NCBI GenBank assembly: GCA_965197745.1
Contig: CBDANS010000007.1
Coordinates: forward strand, 1,664,001-1,728,000
Direction: 5' to 3'
DNA from: Opitutales bacterium
GTDB taxonomy: Bacteria > Verrucomicrobiota > Verrucomicrobiia > Opitutales > PNEW01
DNA: 64,000 nt
The notes below the pieces were generated by a model. The model was not told the DNA's origin. It was given only the letters and a program-made list of their open reading frames with translations, and ran no database searches. This document shows positions 29,635 to 40,425 of the stretch, piece by piece. Each line of letters begins with the position of its first letter. The stretch's first letter is position 1. The position numbers were made by a program, and so were the translations under genes.

Positions 29635-32112
29635 GTGCAACCTTTTTTAGAGATGCTCAAAAATCGAAAGCTCATATTCCTTGCGGTGACTGCTTTAATG
29701 TTAAGCAGTTTCCAGTGTCTTTACGCACATAATGCATCTTTTCCTTTACCCAGTGATAAGATCAATGAATTCCCTTTTAATATGGTAGGAATGGTTTCTT
29801 CGGGAGATATCGGAGAAGATTATATATGGACCGGTTCTGGTACAGCAATATCAGAAAAGGTCGTTCTTTCTGCTGCTCATGTATTTTTTGACGAAAAACG
29901 TTCACGTTGGTGGCCAGGACCTTTTGAATGGAACTTGCGCCATTCTCCAACCAATCAAAATTTTGATATGAAAGCACGATCTTACAAGCATCTTGACGAT
30001 TATGCAGAAGCCACACGCCGTTTCTTACCTGATGACGGAACCAATTCATTGGAACAGTTTCAACGCGATGCTATTACTCTTATATTTTACGAGGATGTGG
30101 CTCATGGTGGATGGGCGGGATGGTGGAAATATAGCCTTACAGGCAGGTCTGATAGGATGATCGTTGGCTACCCTAATTTAGGTTATAGCGACTCGGATCC
30201 TAGAAATGATAGAATGCATTCAACAAGTTTGTCTGGCAGTCTTGTTGAATTTACCTATGTAGACCATACTGACAGATTGAAACCCACTGCCAGTCGACTT
30301 TTTATATCTTACGATTTATCTACAGGACCAGGAAACAGCGGAGGTCCGGTTTTTGGTTTACTTGACTATAATGATGGTTCTACAGATTGGAGCGTAGTGG
30401 GTATTGATGTGGGTGGCACTACAGGTGAGAATACTTTGGCTGTTGGAATTGACCGAGCTGTTTACGATTTAATTCAAACATCAATATCTGAGTCAGGTGA
30501 ACCTACTCTATCAGACGACCATGGAGATACCCGTAATACAGCAACTAAGATAGAACTCAATCACTCTGTTTCAGGCAACTTAGAGACAGCAGGAGATATT
30601 GATTATTTTAGGTTTTCTCTACGAGAGGAAGGAACAACAACTATTTCCACTACAGGCAGTACCGATACTCTTGGAACACTGAGAAATAATTCAGGAAATT
30701 ATATTATATCAAATGATGACAGCGGCCCAGGAGAAAATTTCTCAATCGCAAGGAAACTTAATCCAGGAACATACTATATCGTTGTCAATGGTTCATCTAA
30801 TAAAGAGACAGGTAAATATTCTCTGCATGTTAATTTTACTAAGACAATTAAATTACCTGACCTAGTAGTTGATTCTGTTAGAGTAAGTAAAAATACAATA
30901 AAAGCAGGTGAGTCGGTTTACTTTACACTTAAAAGAAGTAACAAGGGAGAAAATAATTCCGGTACATTTGATCACGGTATCTATTTATCTAAAGACAGAA
31001 CTATAACTACCGGAGACAGGCAGCTAGCAAACCTCTCAAGAACAAGCATGAGTGCAGTGGTTTCGAGAACATTTTCTCAGGAAGTAACTATACCCCAAAA
31101 TGTAGCTTCGGGCACCTATTATATAGGATATATTCTTGATATTGGGGATATAATCAGAGAGACAAATGAAAGTAATAATACAGGATATACTCAAATTGAA
31201 GTAATAAACCCTGCTTCAGACTTGATCCTTGAAGGTTCAGGTTTTGTAGCTGGAGAAAACATCCAACATCCCAATGGTAATACTTTTGATCAGGTATTAC
31301 TTTCTGGAAGAAGTATTAAGCTTAAAGCCAGGCCGAGTCAAATCACCCGGGTTTCTTTCATGGATGAAGACGAAGATATTGTTCAGGTAGAGTTTTCAGG
31401 TGCAGGCACCTTTACTGTAACCCTTGATTCAGTCACCTTTAAGCCTCCGGCCTATCCATCTCGCTATAATCAGTTGACCAGATATGTTACGGGCAAGCCA
31501 AGCATAGTTATTGAAGGGGCCGACTCCAGCACCTTCTTTAGTATATTCACGGTGGGAAGGATTAATGCAGTAAATCAGGCTCTCTTTCCAAGGAATCAAA
31601 CTTATGATGCAATAGCTGACGTAAAACTGATGGAAGTGATTAATTCTTCAGGAATAGGGGGAATGCAATTATCAAACGCGGTGTTCAGTGGAAGCACTGG
31701 TAAAGTTGGTGTGGATGCTAGAGACGTTCCCATAGCGGTGCGCTTAACGATTGGAGATATAGATGCAAGTGGTAATGCAACACCATACTTATTATTTGGC
31801 AAAGGCTCGTTTACTGTTCCAGCCAGCAACTCTGGGTTACGAATTACAGGAGGGGATCTTTATCAAAGTAACCATGCTAAGATAGTTGCAATCTCTGAAG
31901 CTGAAAATCCAATCTTCCAGGGCAATGTTAGGTCTGATGGGACAGAGATACGAGCCAGGACAATGCAGGGGTCCTTTGATTTTATAGATCGGGTAGTGCA
32001 AAGTTTTGTGCCTCAAAGTTTGAATGGGAAGACTTATACTTTTACTCCTTTAGGGTATTTTGAATTGGTCGTGACCACGAGAAATCGCAATAATCATCGA
32101 TTAATTGATTGA
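29635..32112 (+). CDS. Secreted trypsin-like serine protease with PPC, CARDB-like and conserved C-terminal domains
   Basis: LSAAHV and GNSGGP; DDHGDT...GDIDYF...NDDSG PPC; PDLVV...ETNESNN CARDB; probable start 29653. Confidence 0.8.
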   Translation: MQPFLEMLKNRKLIFLAVTALMLSSFQCLYAHNASFPLPSDKINEFPFNMVGMVSSGDIGEDYIWTGSGTAISEKVVLSAAHVFFDEKRSRWWPGPFEWNLRHSPTNQNFDMKARSYKHLDDYAEATRRFLPDDGTNSLEQFQRDAITLIFYEDVAHGGWAGWWKYSLTGRSDRMIVGYPNLGYSDSDPRNDRMHSTSLSGSLVEFTYVDHTDRLKPTASRLFISYDLSTGPGNSGGPVFGLLDYNDGSTDWSVVGIDVGGTTGENTLAVGIDRAVYDLIQTSISESGEPTLSDDHGDTRNTATKIELNHSVSGNLETAGDIDYFRFSLREEGTTTISTTGSTDTLGTLRNNSGNYIISNDDSGPGENFSIARKLNPGTYYIVVNGSSNKETGKYSLHVNFTKTIKLPDLVVDSVRVSKNTIKAGESVYFTLKRSNKGENNSGTFDHGIYLSKDRTITTGDRQLANLSRTSMSAVVSRTFSQEVTIPQNVASGTYYIGYILDIGDIIRETNESNNTGYTQIEVINPASDLILEGSGFVAGENIQHPNGNTFDQVLLSGRSIKLKARPSQITRVSFMDEDEDIVQVEFSGAGTFTVTLDSVTFKPPAYPSRYNQLTRYVTGKPSIVIEGADSSTFFSIFTVGRINAVNQALFPRNQTYDAIADVKLMEVINSSGIGGMQLSNAVFSGSTGKVGVDARDVPIAVRLTIGDIDASGNATPYLLFGKGSFTVPASNSGLRITGGDLYQSNHAKIVAISEAENPIFQGNVRSDGTEIRARTMQGSFDFIDRVVQSFVPQSLNGKTYTFTPLGYFELVVTTRNRNNHRLID

Positions 32113-32456
32113 TCGCTCTAAAATATTTTTAGGCCTTCGGTATGGGCGATCTATCATAATATCGCTAGCTAGAGGGAGAAGGAAACCCCCTCTAAATCAG
32201 ACAAAAAAGATCATCCGAGGCTGGGTTATCAATCAATTAAGCGATCGCATATCACTAATGAATAATACAAGGAGTCAGGAGGTTTCCTTTGCTTAAGGAT
32301 AGCGGGATGTAGTTTAATAGATCGCTCATGCAAAGGTACAGAAAAATAGATGTCCAATATTATTAAATGCAAATAGTGATGAATAAAAGTAGATCAGGAA
32401 TAGATCAGTATGTTTATTGGACTGTCCCTCTATTATCATAACTTACTGATTGTCAA

Positions 32457-32504
32457 TGGTGGGCTCTGCAGGATTCGAACCTTAGACCAAAGGATTATTA
32501 GTCC
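32457..32504 (-). other. 3' fragment of a tRNA (Ile-CAT-like), att remnant
   Basis: Minus strand ggactaataatcctttggtctaaggttcgaatcctgcagagcccacca; no 5' half. Confidence 0.7.
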
Positions 32505-33367
32505 ATAGCAAGTCAGCATCATCTTAGCCCTCCAATCCTGGGGAACACATCATTGCTGCAGAACATTAACCTTTTCGTTCGACTTAACTACTTGCTTCGT
32601 TACAGTTTGAACTATAGCTTAAGTAGTCCCCAATCAACCGAGTCATGACAATTCGTATCTCATCTTTGGTATCTGGAAACTCATTTGTTCCTTGTGGATA
32701 AGTTTCATCAAGGAGGAAGACTACCCCTGTGGTTGTGTTAAAACCCACGGTACAGAAGAGTATTGGCTCCACAGTCCTTCAGGGACTTGTAAAGATCAGA
32801 CCCGATGAAGCCGCTCAGTCCTCGATTCGCCCATGACAAGACCTCTTGGGTGAAGTCTGATGATTTTAGCCCAACCCGGCGATTGGGGATCCGAAACGAT
32901 GGAACTGATTGGTTTGCCTCGTGAATTTCGCAAGCCATGTTTTGAGATCCGTGCGGCAGTCAGTTAATGACGGTGCAATGAGTGATTCGACGATAGGATT
33001 AAAATAGGGGCAGCAATCGTTGTCACAATCAATGAGCTAAATTTATGGGTTTCTGGATTTAGAGTCAGAATTGTGTTTGTAAAATCTTAGATTCGATCAT
33101 CTATGAATTGAACTGGTAGTTGCATCTTCTTAATTTTAAGAGCAAACTTATGAGTGTAAGAGATAGGTGTAGTTAAAAATAAACAATAAGATATGGTGAT
33201 ACCCACTCCCCCAATGCTCCCCCATTTACGCTATTGCACGCTATATGCGACTATTTAATTTCTCGAGGATTATGAGAAATACTGATTCATAAGTACTTAA
33301 TAATTAATATATAGCGTTAACTAATAGGTAGTTATATATTGGAGAGTTGAATTACATAACAAAGGCT

Positions 33368-34150
33368 TCAGAATCCTTTATACTCAAAGAAAAAGGGCTG
33401 ATAGGCTCTGGCGGTCACCGGTTTGCCTTTTTTTATAGGAGGTTGGAACTTCCAATCTTTGATCGCCGCCAGCGCCGCGATCGCAAAATAATCATTCGAT
33501 GACGATTTAATACCGGGGGCTTTGACATTGCCCTGGGGGTCAATGAAAAACTCAACCAGGACCTGGCCGCTGGCCTGTAGATCAAACATTTCTTTGGGAA
33601 ATAGAGGGGCTACTGTAAAGCTGACTTCAGGTACGTAGTCTAATTCATCCACATTGCTCACAAGATACAATTTATTATTTATGGTATCATTTTTAAACAT
33701 TGCTTCGTCGATAATTGAGGCATGGACAATACCCCCTCTTCCATCACTTAAATCATAGGAAGCTTTTACAAACACTCTATTGGATTGAGCTTTACCAAGT
33801 TCGATTCTTGGAGAAAATTCCCATTTTTTTACGGCCCGGATAGTCGATCGGGCAAAGGCATGGTGTGAAGCTGCAAATTCAACGAAATCCCGTTTACGCC
33901 CTTTATCGTCGACGATAAAGACTATGATGGCAAAACCATTAGTCACCCCGGTTTTTGATACAACCGAGGGGAAATACGGTTTAACGGCTTTGAGCACTTG
34001 TAAATCGCGGTCATGATCTTCACTGTTTCCGTTTTGAGCCAAAGCACTCGGGTGGTGGATCAAAACCAAGCTACTAACAATGAGGGGGAAAAGAAGAAGC
34101 CTATAAGAGTATAATTTCAAAAGTGATATGAGGTTGGAATGAGGAATCAA
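33368..34150 (-). CDS. TonB C-terminal domain protein (two TonB_C-like repeats)
   Basis: P.FP......G.V.VEF.ID..G.V...AI..WKF.P..K.G.PV. Confidence 0.75.
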   Translation of the reverse strand: MIPHSNLISLLKLYSYRLLLFPLIVSSLVLIHHPSALAQNGNSEDHDRDLQVLKAVKPYFPSVVSKTGVTNGFAIIVFIVDDKGRKRDFVEFAASHHAFARSTIRAVKKWEFSPRIELGKAQSNRVFVKASYDLSDGRGGIVHASIIDEAMFKNDTINNKLYLVSNVDELDYVPEVSFTVAPLFPKEMFDLQASGQVLVEFFIDPQGNVKAPGIKSSSNDYFAIAALAAIKDWKFQPPIKKGKPVTARAYQPFFFEYKGF

Positions 34151-34375
34151 TAAGAATTCCCGTCTGTTAATTAGAGGGCTTAATTAATATATGCATAATT
34201 GCGGGCATTTCAAAGGATAATGACTGAAAATAGATAAATATCCGGGTTTTGACATAGAATATAATTATTGTTCCTCTTTCGCTTTTGTGATGCATCTCTT
34301 ACCATGATTATATTCATTTACGTATTCGGAACAAATTCTTAATTTAAGAGACGAAATACAATAACCGTTCAAGTA

Positions 34376-36142
34376 ATGCGATTACCCCATGCCATTTTAT
34401 CATTAATTGCTGTATTGACTCTTACGGAGTCGATAGCGCAAACCTCAGTACCCACTTTGATCCAAGCTATTTCGGATATTGAAGTGACCGCAAGTAATGA
34501 GCCCATAGTTATCAATTTAAAGGAGGTATTTGCGGTCCCGGGTGTGGATGAACAAGTTGTTCAATTTGATACCTCGCTCGGTGTATTTAACATAGAATTA
34601 TTCGCTTCGGCAGTACCTATTACCGTTAATAACTTCCTCAATTATGTAAATGAAGGAACATACACGAACACGATTATCCATTTTACCGAACCTATATTCC
34701 TGGGGCTCATTCAAGGAGGAAGATATACGCTTCTTCCCATCCCTTTTGATCCCATACCGACAGGCCCGTCAATTATGGGGGAGCCAGGAATTCTCCATAA
34801 CAGAGGAACTATCTCAACGACCGTTATTAGTGAAGACCCCAATACGGCTACAGCTGGCTGGCATATCAATGTTCTGGATAATGGAAATTTATATCCCAAT
34901 AACACGGTGTTTGGAGAAGTGATTGGTACTGGGATTGATGTCATAAATTCCATTGCGACGCTCAGTGTCACTTTTATTAATAGTTTTACCCTACCAAGAT
35001 TGCCGGTTATCAATTATTTCGGCGGGGATTTATCAACTGATAATATTGTTTTCGTATTTACTATAACTCCACTGCCGGTATTTCCTGAAGAATCAGGGGG
35101 GATATCGGTTTTGAATTTTGAAGCAGAAAACAGTAACCCTGCCCTGGTGACAGCCTCGTTTAACGGTTCGCAGTTGACCCTGTATTTAGCCCCAGAACAA
35201 TCGGGGACAGCTGATATTACGGTGCGCGCAATAGATTCGAATGACAATATTAGTGAGGATACTTTTCGTCTCAGTGCAAGCGCTGGTGGGACTACTCCTG
35301 TGGAATTGGTCGTCCAGGGATCTGGCAATGTAGTAGGAGAGAATATCCAGCACCCCAGTGGAAATATCTTTGATCAGGTTCTGATGACCGGTGAGAGTAT
35401 CAAGTTGCGCGCAAAAAATAACCAAATTACGCGGGTCTCGCTTTTGGATGAAAATGAAGATATTCTACAAGTTGAATTTTCTGGGAGTGGAATTCTTACC
35501 GTTGAATTAGATCCAGATACATTTGTGCCTGCAGCACCACCGGCTAAATATAACCAACCCTCGGTAAGTTATGTAAGAGGACGGCCCACGGTTCGTGTTG
35601 AAGGTGCTGACGCAAATACTTTTTTAAGTATTTTTACGGTGGGAAGTATTAATGCCGTTAATCAAGCCTTATTCCCTGAAGGGGTTGTCTATGACGCCGA
35701 AGCAGATGTTAAATTGGTTGAAGTCCTTAATTCTTCGGCGATAGGGGGTATGCAGTTTTCCAATGTGGTGTTTTCCGGCAGTAGCGGAAAGGTTGGCATT
35801 GATGCCCGTGGAGTAACCGTAGCGACTCGCGTGACGGTGGGCGATATTGAAGCCAGTGGTGTCGCAACACCCCATTTATTATTCGCTCCTGGTTCTTTTA
35901 CCGTAAATGCACCCAATTCCGGAATGCGCATTACAGGAGGAGATCTCTTTCAGAGTAACGGTTTACAAGCGGTTTTAGTAGCTGAAGAAGACTCAACCGA
36001 TGCCGGTTTTACGAAATTGATCACCCAGAATAACTTCAAGTCGGACGAAACCCCTCAACCGACCCAAAGTATCACTGTGGATTTTGCGAACGAAGATGGG
36101 ATTATTATCCCAATTCCTATCGAAGAACTTACCATAGAGTAG
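34376..36142 (+). CDS. Secreted cyclophilin-like protein with conserved C-terminal domain
   Basis: TSLG...IELF....PITVNNFLNYV, IQGG, N.RGTI, TVFGEVI. Confidence 0.8.
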   Translation: MRLPHAILSLIAVLTLTESIAQTSVPTLIQAISDIEVTASNEPIVINLKEVFAVPGVDEQVVQFDTSLGVFNIELFASAVPITVNNFLNYVNEGTYTNTIIHFTEPIFLGLIQGGRYTLLPIPFDPIPTGPSIMGEPGILHNRGTISTTVISEDPNTATAGWHINVLDNGNLYPNNTVFGEVIGTGIDVINSIATLSVTFINSFTLPRLPVINYFGGDLSTDNIVFVFTITPLPVFPEESGGISVLNFEAENSNPALVTASFNGSQLTLYLAPEQSGTADITVRAIDSNDNISEDTFRLSASAGGTTPVELVVQGSGNVVGENIQHPSGNIFDQVLMTGESIKLRAKNNQITRVSLLDENEDILQVEFSGSGILTVELDPDTFVPAAPPAKYNQPSVSYVRGRPTVRVEGADANTFLSIFTVGSINAVNQALFPEGVVYDAEADVKLVEVLNSSAIGGMQFSNVVFSGSSGKVGIDARGVTVATRVTVGDIEASGVATPHLLFAPGSFTVNAPNSGMRITGGDLFQSNGLQAVLVAEEDSTDAGFTKLITQNNFKSDETPQPTQSITVDFANEDGIIIPIPIEELTIE

Positions 36143-36203
36143 GCGGAAAATACTGTATATTAGTTGATGAGGTAGATTATTGCCGTGAAATCGATATTTA
36201 AAT

Positions 36204-36848
36204 TCAGGGCATAGATATGTGCTGTGTTATGCTTTGCATGGCAGGATGCCCGGATATTTTAGAGAGCGCCTTTTGCAGTAAAGTCTTGCCGGGTTCCATG
36301 CGCGGCCAGGGCGATGCGCCCGAAGGGTGGGGAAGGGGGATAAAGTCGTATTCATGACTATTATAGGCTAATTTATAACTGTGACCAATGATTTCATTTA
36401 AAGCGGTGTAATTCATGAATTGAGCAATTGCCAGTTTACCGACTGGAATAACCAATTTTGGCCTGAGGATATCAAATTCAGTTTTAAGCCAATGAGCACA
36501 ATTTATAACTTCCTCATTGTCAGGGACACGATCACCTCCTTTAAGTTTTTTACCGGGATAACAACGGCAAACGGCGGCCATATAAATGGAATTGCGAAAT
36601 TGGTTCTCATTTAAACCGCTGGATTTTTCGAACCATTGAAAAAGCGTTTTGCCTGCAGTCCAGGCAAAGGGTTTTTTTAAGATAGGCTCCTTTACCCCGG
36701 GCGCTTGTCCCACAAGAATAATTTCACTGTTTACGGGATTGCCGGTTACGACGGGTTTATACATCTTGGGACACTTATCGCAGGCACTCAATTTCCTGAT
36801 ATGATTTTTCAGAATTGTTTTCTGTCGTTTATCGGATGATTGAACCAT
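36204..36848 (-). CDS. Uracil-DNA glycosylase superfamily protein
   Basis: C..C, LVGQAPG, PF...AGKTL, PLPHPSG. Confidence 0.85.
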   Translation of the reverse strand: MVQSSDKRQKTILKNHIRKLSACDKCPKMYKPVVTGNPVNSEIILVGQAPGVKEPILKKPFAWTAGKTLFQWFEKSSGLNENQFRNSIYMAAVCRCYPGKKLKGGDRVPDNEEVINCAHWLKTEFDILRPKLVIPVGKLAIAQFMNYTALNEIIGHSYKLAYNSHEYDFIPLPHPSGASPWPRMEPGKTLLQKALSKISGHPAMQSITQHISMP

Positions 36849-36897
36849 TTCCTATGGAATATTTACCATATACTGGGGCAGTGGTTTTATCTTTATG

Positions 36898-38304
36898 CTA
36901 TGGCAAAGGCCAATTGAGCGAGTCCGTTCGGGCTGTTTTCAGATAATTCTCCAAAAGGGACACGATTTCAGGATTATGAACGGCTAGATTACGTTTTTCG
37001 GAGAGGTCGTCAGATAAATCATAAAGTTCCAATGACATGGCAGGATCCAGGCGGACCGCTTTCCAATTTTTCCACCGCACGGCCTGTTGAAAACCTCGCT
37101 CCTGGAATACTTTATCCACTTTCCAGTGATTTTCCCAATAAATAAATCGGTCAGCGGTGTTCTGGGGTTTCCCAAGGAGCATCGGTAAAACGCTTATACC
37201 ATCGACTTCTGCCGGTGGGGAAATTCCAGCAAGTTCTGTTGCGGTGGGGAGGAAATCCGCAAAGTGCCACACGGCATCGCTTGTCTCCCCTTTTTTTACA
37301 CGACCCGGCCAGCTAACTATCATTGGCACTCGAATTCCACCCTCTAATAAATCCCCCTTGTAACCCCTCAAGGGCCCATTATTATCGAAGCGTTCACTAC
37401 CCACTTTAAGCGCCCCGTTATCAGAACTAAAGAAGATGATAGTATCACCATCTATATTCAGCTCATCAAGCAAGTCGAGAATACTGCCCACACTATTATC
37501 GATGTGTGCAATCATTGCTGCGAACACTTTCTCTTTTGTGTCCCAGGATTTATTTGAATAGGGGTGGTTGCCCTGGACAGAGAATTTATCGTGAGGTCCG
37601 TGAGGTAAAGTCCAGGGCAGATAGAGGAAAAATGGGCCGTCTTTATGCTCCCGAATAAAACTCAAGGCAAATTCAGTAAATACATTCTGTGAATAAGTAT
37701 TCTTATTCAAGCCCCTGTTCCCCTCCAAGTGTAAAATGGCATTATTGCGCCAAAGAAATTCGGGGAAGAATTCGAGGGCATGATCCTGATTGAGATAGCC
37801 TAACCATTCGTCGAATCCCTGTTTCGTGGGAAGTCCCGTCGTTTGAGGCTCACCCAAACCCCACTTTCCCGCGATTCCCGTAGTGTACCCGGCCTTTTTA
37901 AGAACTTCTGCTATGGTAATGTTTTCCAATTCAAGAGCGACACGACCTTCCGGGCCAATACCGCCTATTTTAGCGTGATTACCGCGAAGACGGGTGTGCC
38001 CGACATGTTGCCCCGTCATTAATACATTGCGTGAAGGAGCACAGATGGGTGATCCCGCATAACATTGAGTGAAACGGGTTCCGTTTCTGGCAAGGTGATC
38101 TAAATGGGGTGTTTTTATGAGCTTTTGGCCGTAAGAACCTAGATTTCCATAACCCAAATCATCAGCCAATATAAAGATAATATTCGGTTGTATTCCTCCT
38201 GCCGTTGAGGAACTGGCAGCCAATTGCATGGCACAAATGAAGGGAGTGATGGATGCAGCTACTCCACAGACTAACTGCTTTAGAAATTTACGGCGGCTAT
38301 GCAT
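36898..38304 (-). CDS. Arylsulfatase, Tat-exported
   Basis: SRRKFLK, PNIIFILADDLG, CAPSR, GKWGLG. Confidence 0.92.
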   Translation of the reverse strand: MHSRRKFLKQLVCGVAASITPFICAMQLAASSSTAGGIQPNIIFILADDLGYGNLGSYGQKLIKTPHLDHLARNGTRFTQCYAGSPICAPSRNVLMTGQHVGHTRLRGNHAKIGGIGPEGRVALELENITIAEVLKKAGYTTGIAGKWGLGEPQTTGLPTKQGFDEWLGYLNQDHALEFFPEFLWRNNAILHLEGNRGLNKNTYSQNVFTEFALSFIREHKDGPFFLYLPWTLPHGPHDKFSVQGNHPYSNKSWDTKEKVFAAMIAHIDNSVGSILDLLDELNIDGDTIIFFSSDNGALKVGSERFDNNGPLRGYKGDLLEGGIRVPMIVSWPGRVKKGETSDAVWHFADFLPTATELAGISPPAEVDGISVLPMLLGKPQNTADRFIYWENHWKVDKVFQERGFQQAVRWKNWKAVRLDPAMSLELYDLSDDLSEKRNLAVHNPEIVSLLENYLKTARTDSLNWPLP

Positions 38305-38543
38305 AAAATTAAAGTATAGGATAATAACTGAGACATTGCCAATTCGATATTAATTCACGAGACAGGTTAAATTAAGCATTATAAAAAAAACTAGACGAAG
38401 AAAGATCGAGGGCCTATCTTAAAATGCCTTAAAATCAAGCTTAAGCTCTTAGGTTGTGACAGATTAATAATAAACAAAAGATTGCATTTTCGTTATCTAT
38501 GCAATTAATTATCAAACGTCGATTCCGATAGCATTCTGCCCCA

Positions 38544-39704
38544 TTGGAATCAGACCCTTTAATACGAATGAAATTTAATTTACCTTTTGAGAGGATTAAC
38601 TGGATTACTAGCGCTTTCCTCATAGTCACTTTCCTAACAACGGTAACGGCAGTGCCTGTCTACCTTTGGCATTATGACATAGACTTGTTTCAAGCAGCAT
38701 TGTTTCTATTCTATTTTATGGCAACCGGTCTCAGTATTACCTTGGGCTATCATCGACTTTTTACCCATTTATCATTCAAGGCAACTTGGCCGGTTAAATT
38801 TTTTACACTGGTATTTGGAGCGGCTGCATTTGAGCAATCTGCTCTCGAATGGGTTTCTGATCACCGCACGCATCATAAACAAGTAGATCATGAGAATGAT
38901 CCATACGATATTACAAAAGGGTTCTTTCACGCCCATATCGGCTGGCTTCTATTTAAATTTCATCCGGAAAATCCATTAGATAACGTCAACGATTTGAGAA
39001 AAGATCCGCTCGTTATTTGGCAGTATCGGTGGTGGGTCCCGGTGGGTGTTTTTACAGGATATATTATGCCTGCGATAATAGGCTATCTTTATGGTGGTTC
39101 CCAGGCTGCGCTCGGAGCTTTCCTTCTCTCTGGTGTAGCGAGACAAGTCTTTGTCCAGCATATGACTTTTTTGATCAATTCATTCTGTCACACTTTCGGA
39201 AAGCAAACTTACTCAAGTAAATGCAGCGCGCGAGATAGCAGTTTTATCGCGTTTTTTACTTTTGGTGAGGGCTATCATAATTTTCATCACGAATTTCAGC
39301 ACGATTACCGCAATGGGGTAAAACTCTGGCACTTTGATCCTACCAAGTGGACGATTTGGATTTTACACAAACTCGGTCTGGTGACTAACCTTCGCATGGT
39401 TTCCAAAGAAAAAATCCTGATGGCTGAACTTGCAGAGATCAGGCACCTCGTTGATAAAAGACTCCAATCCTCGACCGTTCAGATCCCTCATGGCACACGT
39501 CAGTTTTTGCAGCACTCCGCAGATTACCTTCAGGAAATATCCGGAAATTTGAGTTCAAGATACAAGGAGTTACAAACAGTCATTGAGCAGAAAATTGAAC
39601 TCTCTAAAGAAACCTTAGCTCTATGGCGGCGTGAAATTAATGAAGCCAAGGCTTACTTAAAATTCCTTCATCAGACGGAATTTGGTTTCCAGGGCGCAGC
39701 CTGA
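38544..39704 (+). CDS. Delta-9 type fatty acid desaturase
   Basis: HRLFTH, HRTHH and HNFHH histidine boxes. Confidence 0.92.
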   Translation: MESDPLIRMKFNLPFERINWITSAFLIVTFLTTVTAVPVYLWHYDIDLFQAALFLFYFMATGLSITLGYHRLFTHLSFKATWPVKFFTLVFGAAAFEQSALEWVSDHRTHHKQVDHENDPYDITKGFFHAHIGWLLFKFHPENPLDNVNDLRKDPLVIWQYRWWVPVGVFTGYIMPAIIGYLYGGSQAALGAFLLSGVARQVFVQHMTFLINSFCHTFGKQTYSSKCSARDSSFIAFFTFGEGYHNFHHEFQHDYRNGVKLWHFDPTKWTIWILHKLGLVTNLRMVSKEKILMAELAEIRHLVDKRLQSSTVQIPHGTRQFLQHSADYLQEISGNLSSRYKELQTVIEQKIELSKETLALWRREINEAKAYLKFLHQTEFGFQGAA

Positions 39705-39732
39705 GTCAGTATATTCAGGGGACTGCTCAATC

Positions 39733-40425
39733 TTAAATAAAAGTGCCGTCCTGCATGTGCAGGACTTCGTCACACCGCTTTGCGAGATCGTTATTGTGGG
39801 TGACGAGAAGGACGGTGTTTCCTTTCTCCCGAGTTATCTTGTAAAGGATATCAAATACAATATTTGAATTTCTTACATCCAAATTACCTGTAGGTTCGTC
39901 AGCAAGAATGAGGGATGGTGAATTGGCAAGGGCACGGGCAATAGCCACCCGTTGCTGTTCGCCACCGGAGAGCTGATTAGCGGGCCGATCTGCTTTATCA
40001 CCCAATTCAACATCATTTAGCAACGACTGTGCCTGCTCGCGTATTTCGGGAAGTGAAAATTTCCGTTGTTTCAGCATGGGAAGAGTAATATTCTCAGCCA
40101 CGTTAAATTCGGGAAGAAGAAAATGAAACTGAAAGACGAATCCTATATGGTCGTTTCGCGCTTTAGTGCGCTCACTATCCGAGGCTAAAGTCATCGATTG
40201 TTGTCTAAGAATTATTTCCCCGGCATCGGGTCGATCAAGGAGACCGGCAAGAAAGAGGAAAGTACTTTTGCCACAACCGGAAGGCCCGACAATGGCACAG
40301 ATTTTTGCGGGGAGAAGGGTGAGATTAATACCGTGAAGAATAGAGGCATGCGTTCCTCCTACGCGAAGGCTGTGTTCAATTCCCTTGCATTGTAAAACGG
40401 GGCTATCCGGGTTTTTGTTAATCAC
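39733..40425 (-). CDS. ABC transporter ATP-binding protein (LolD/MacB-like)
   Basis: [25 protein letters not shown]. Confidence 0.92.
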   Translation of the reverse strand: MINKNPDSPVLQCKGIEHSLRVGGTHASILHGINLTLLPAKICAIVGPSGCGKSTFLFLAGLLDRPDAGEIILRQQSMTLASDSERTKARNDHIGFVFQFHFLLPEFNVAENITLPMLKQRKFSLPEIREQAQSLLNDVELGDKADRPANQLSGGEQQRVAIARALANSPSLILADEPTGNLDVRNSNIVFDILYKITREKGNTVLLVTHNNDLAKRCDEVLHMQDGTFI

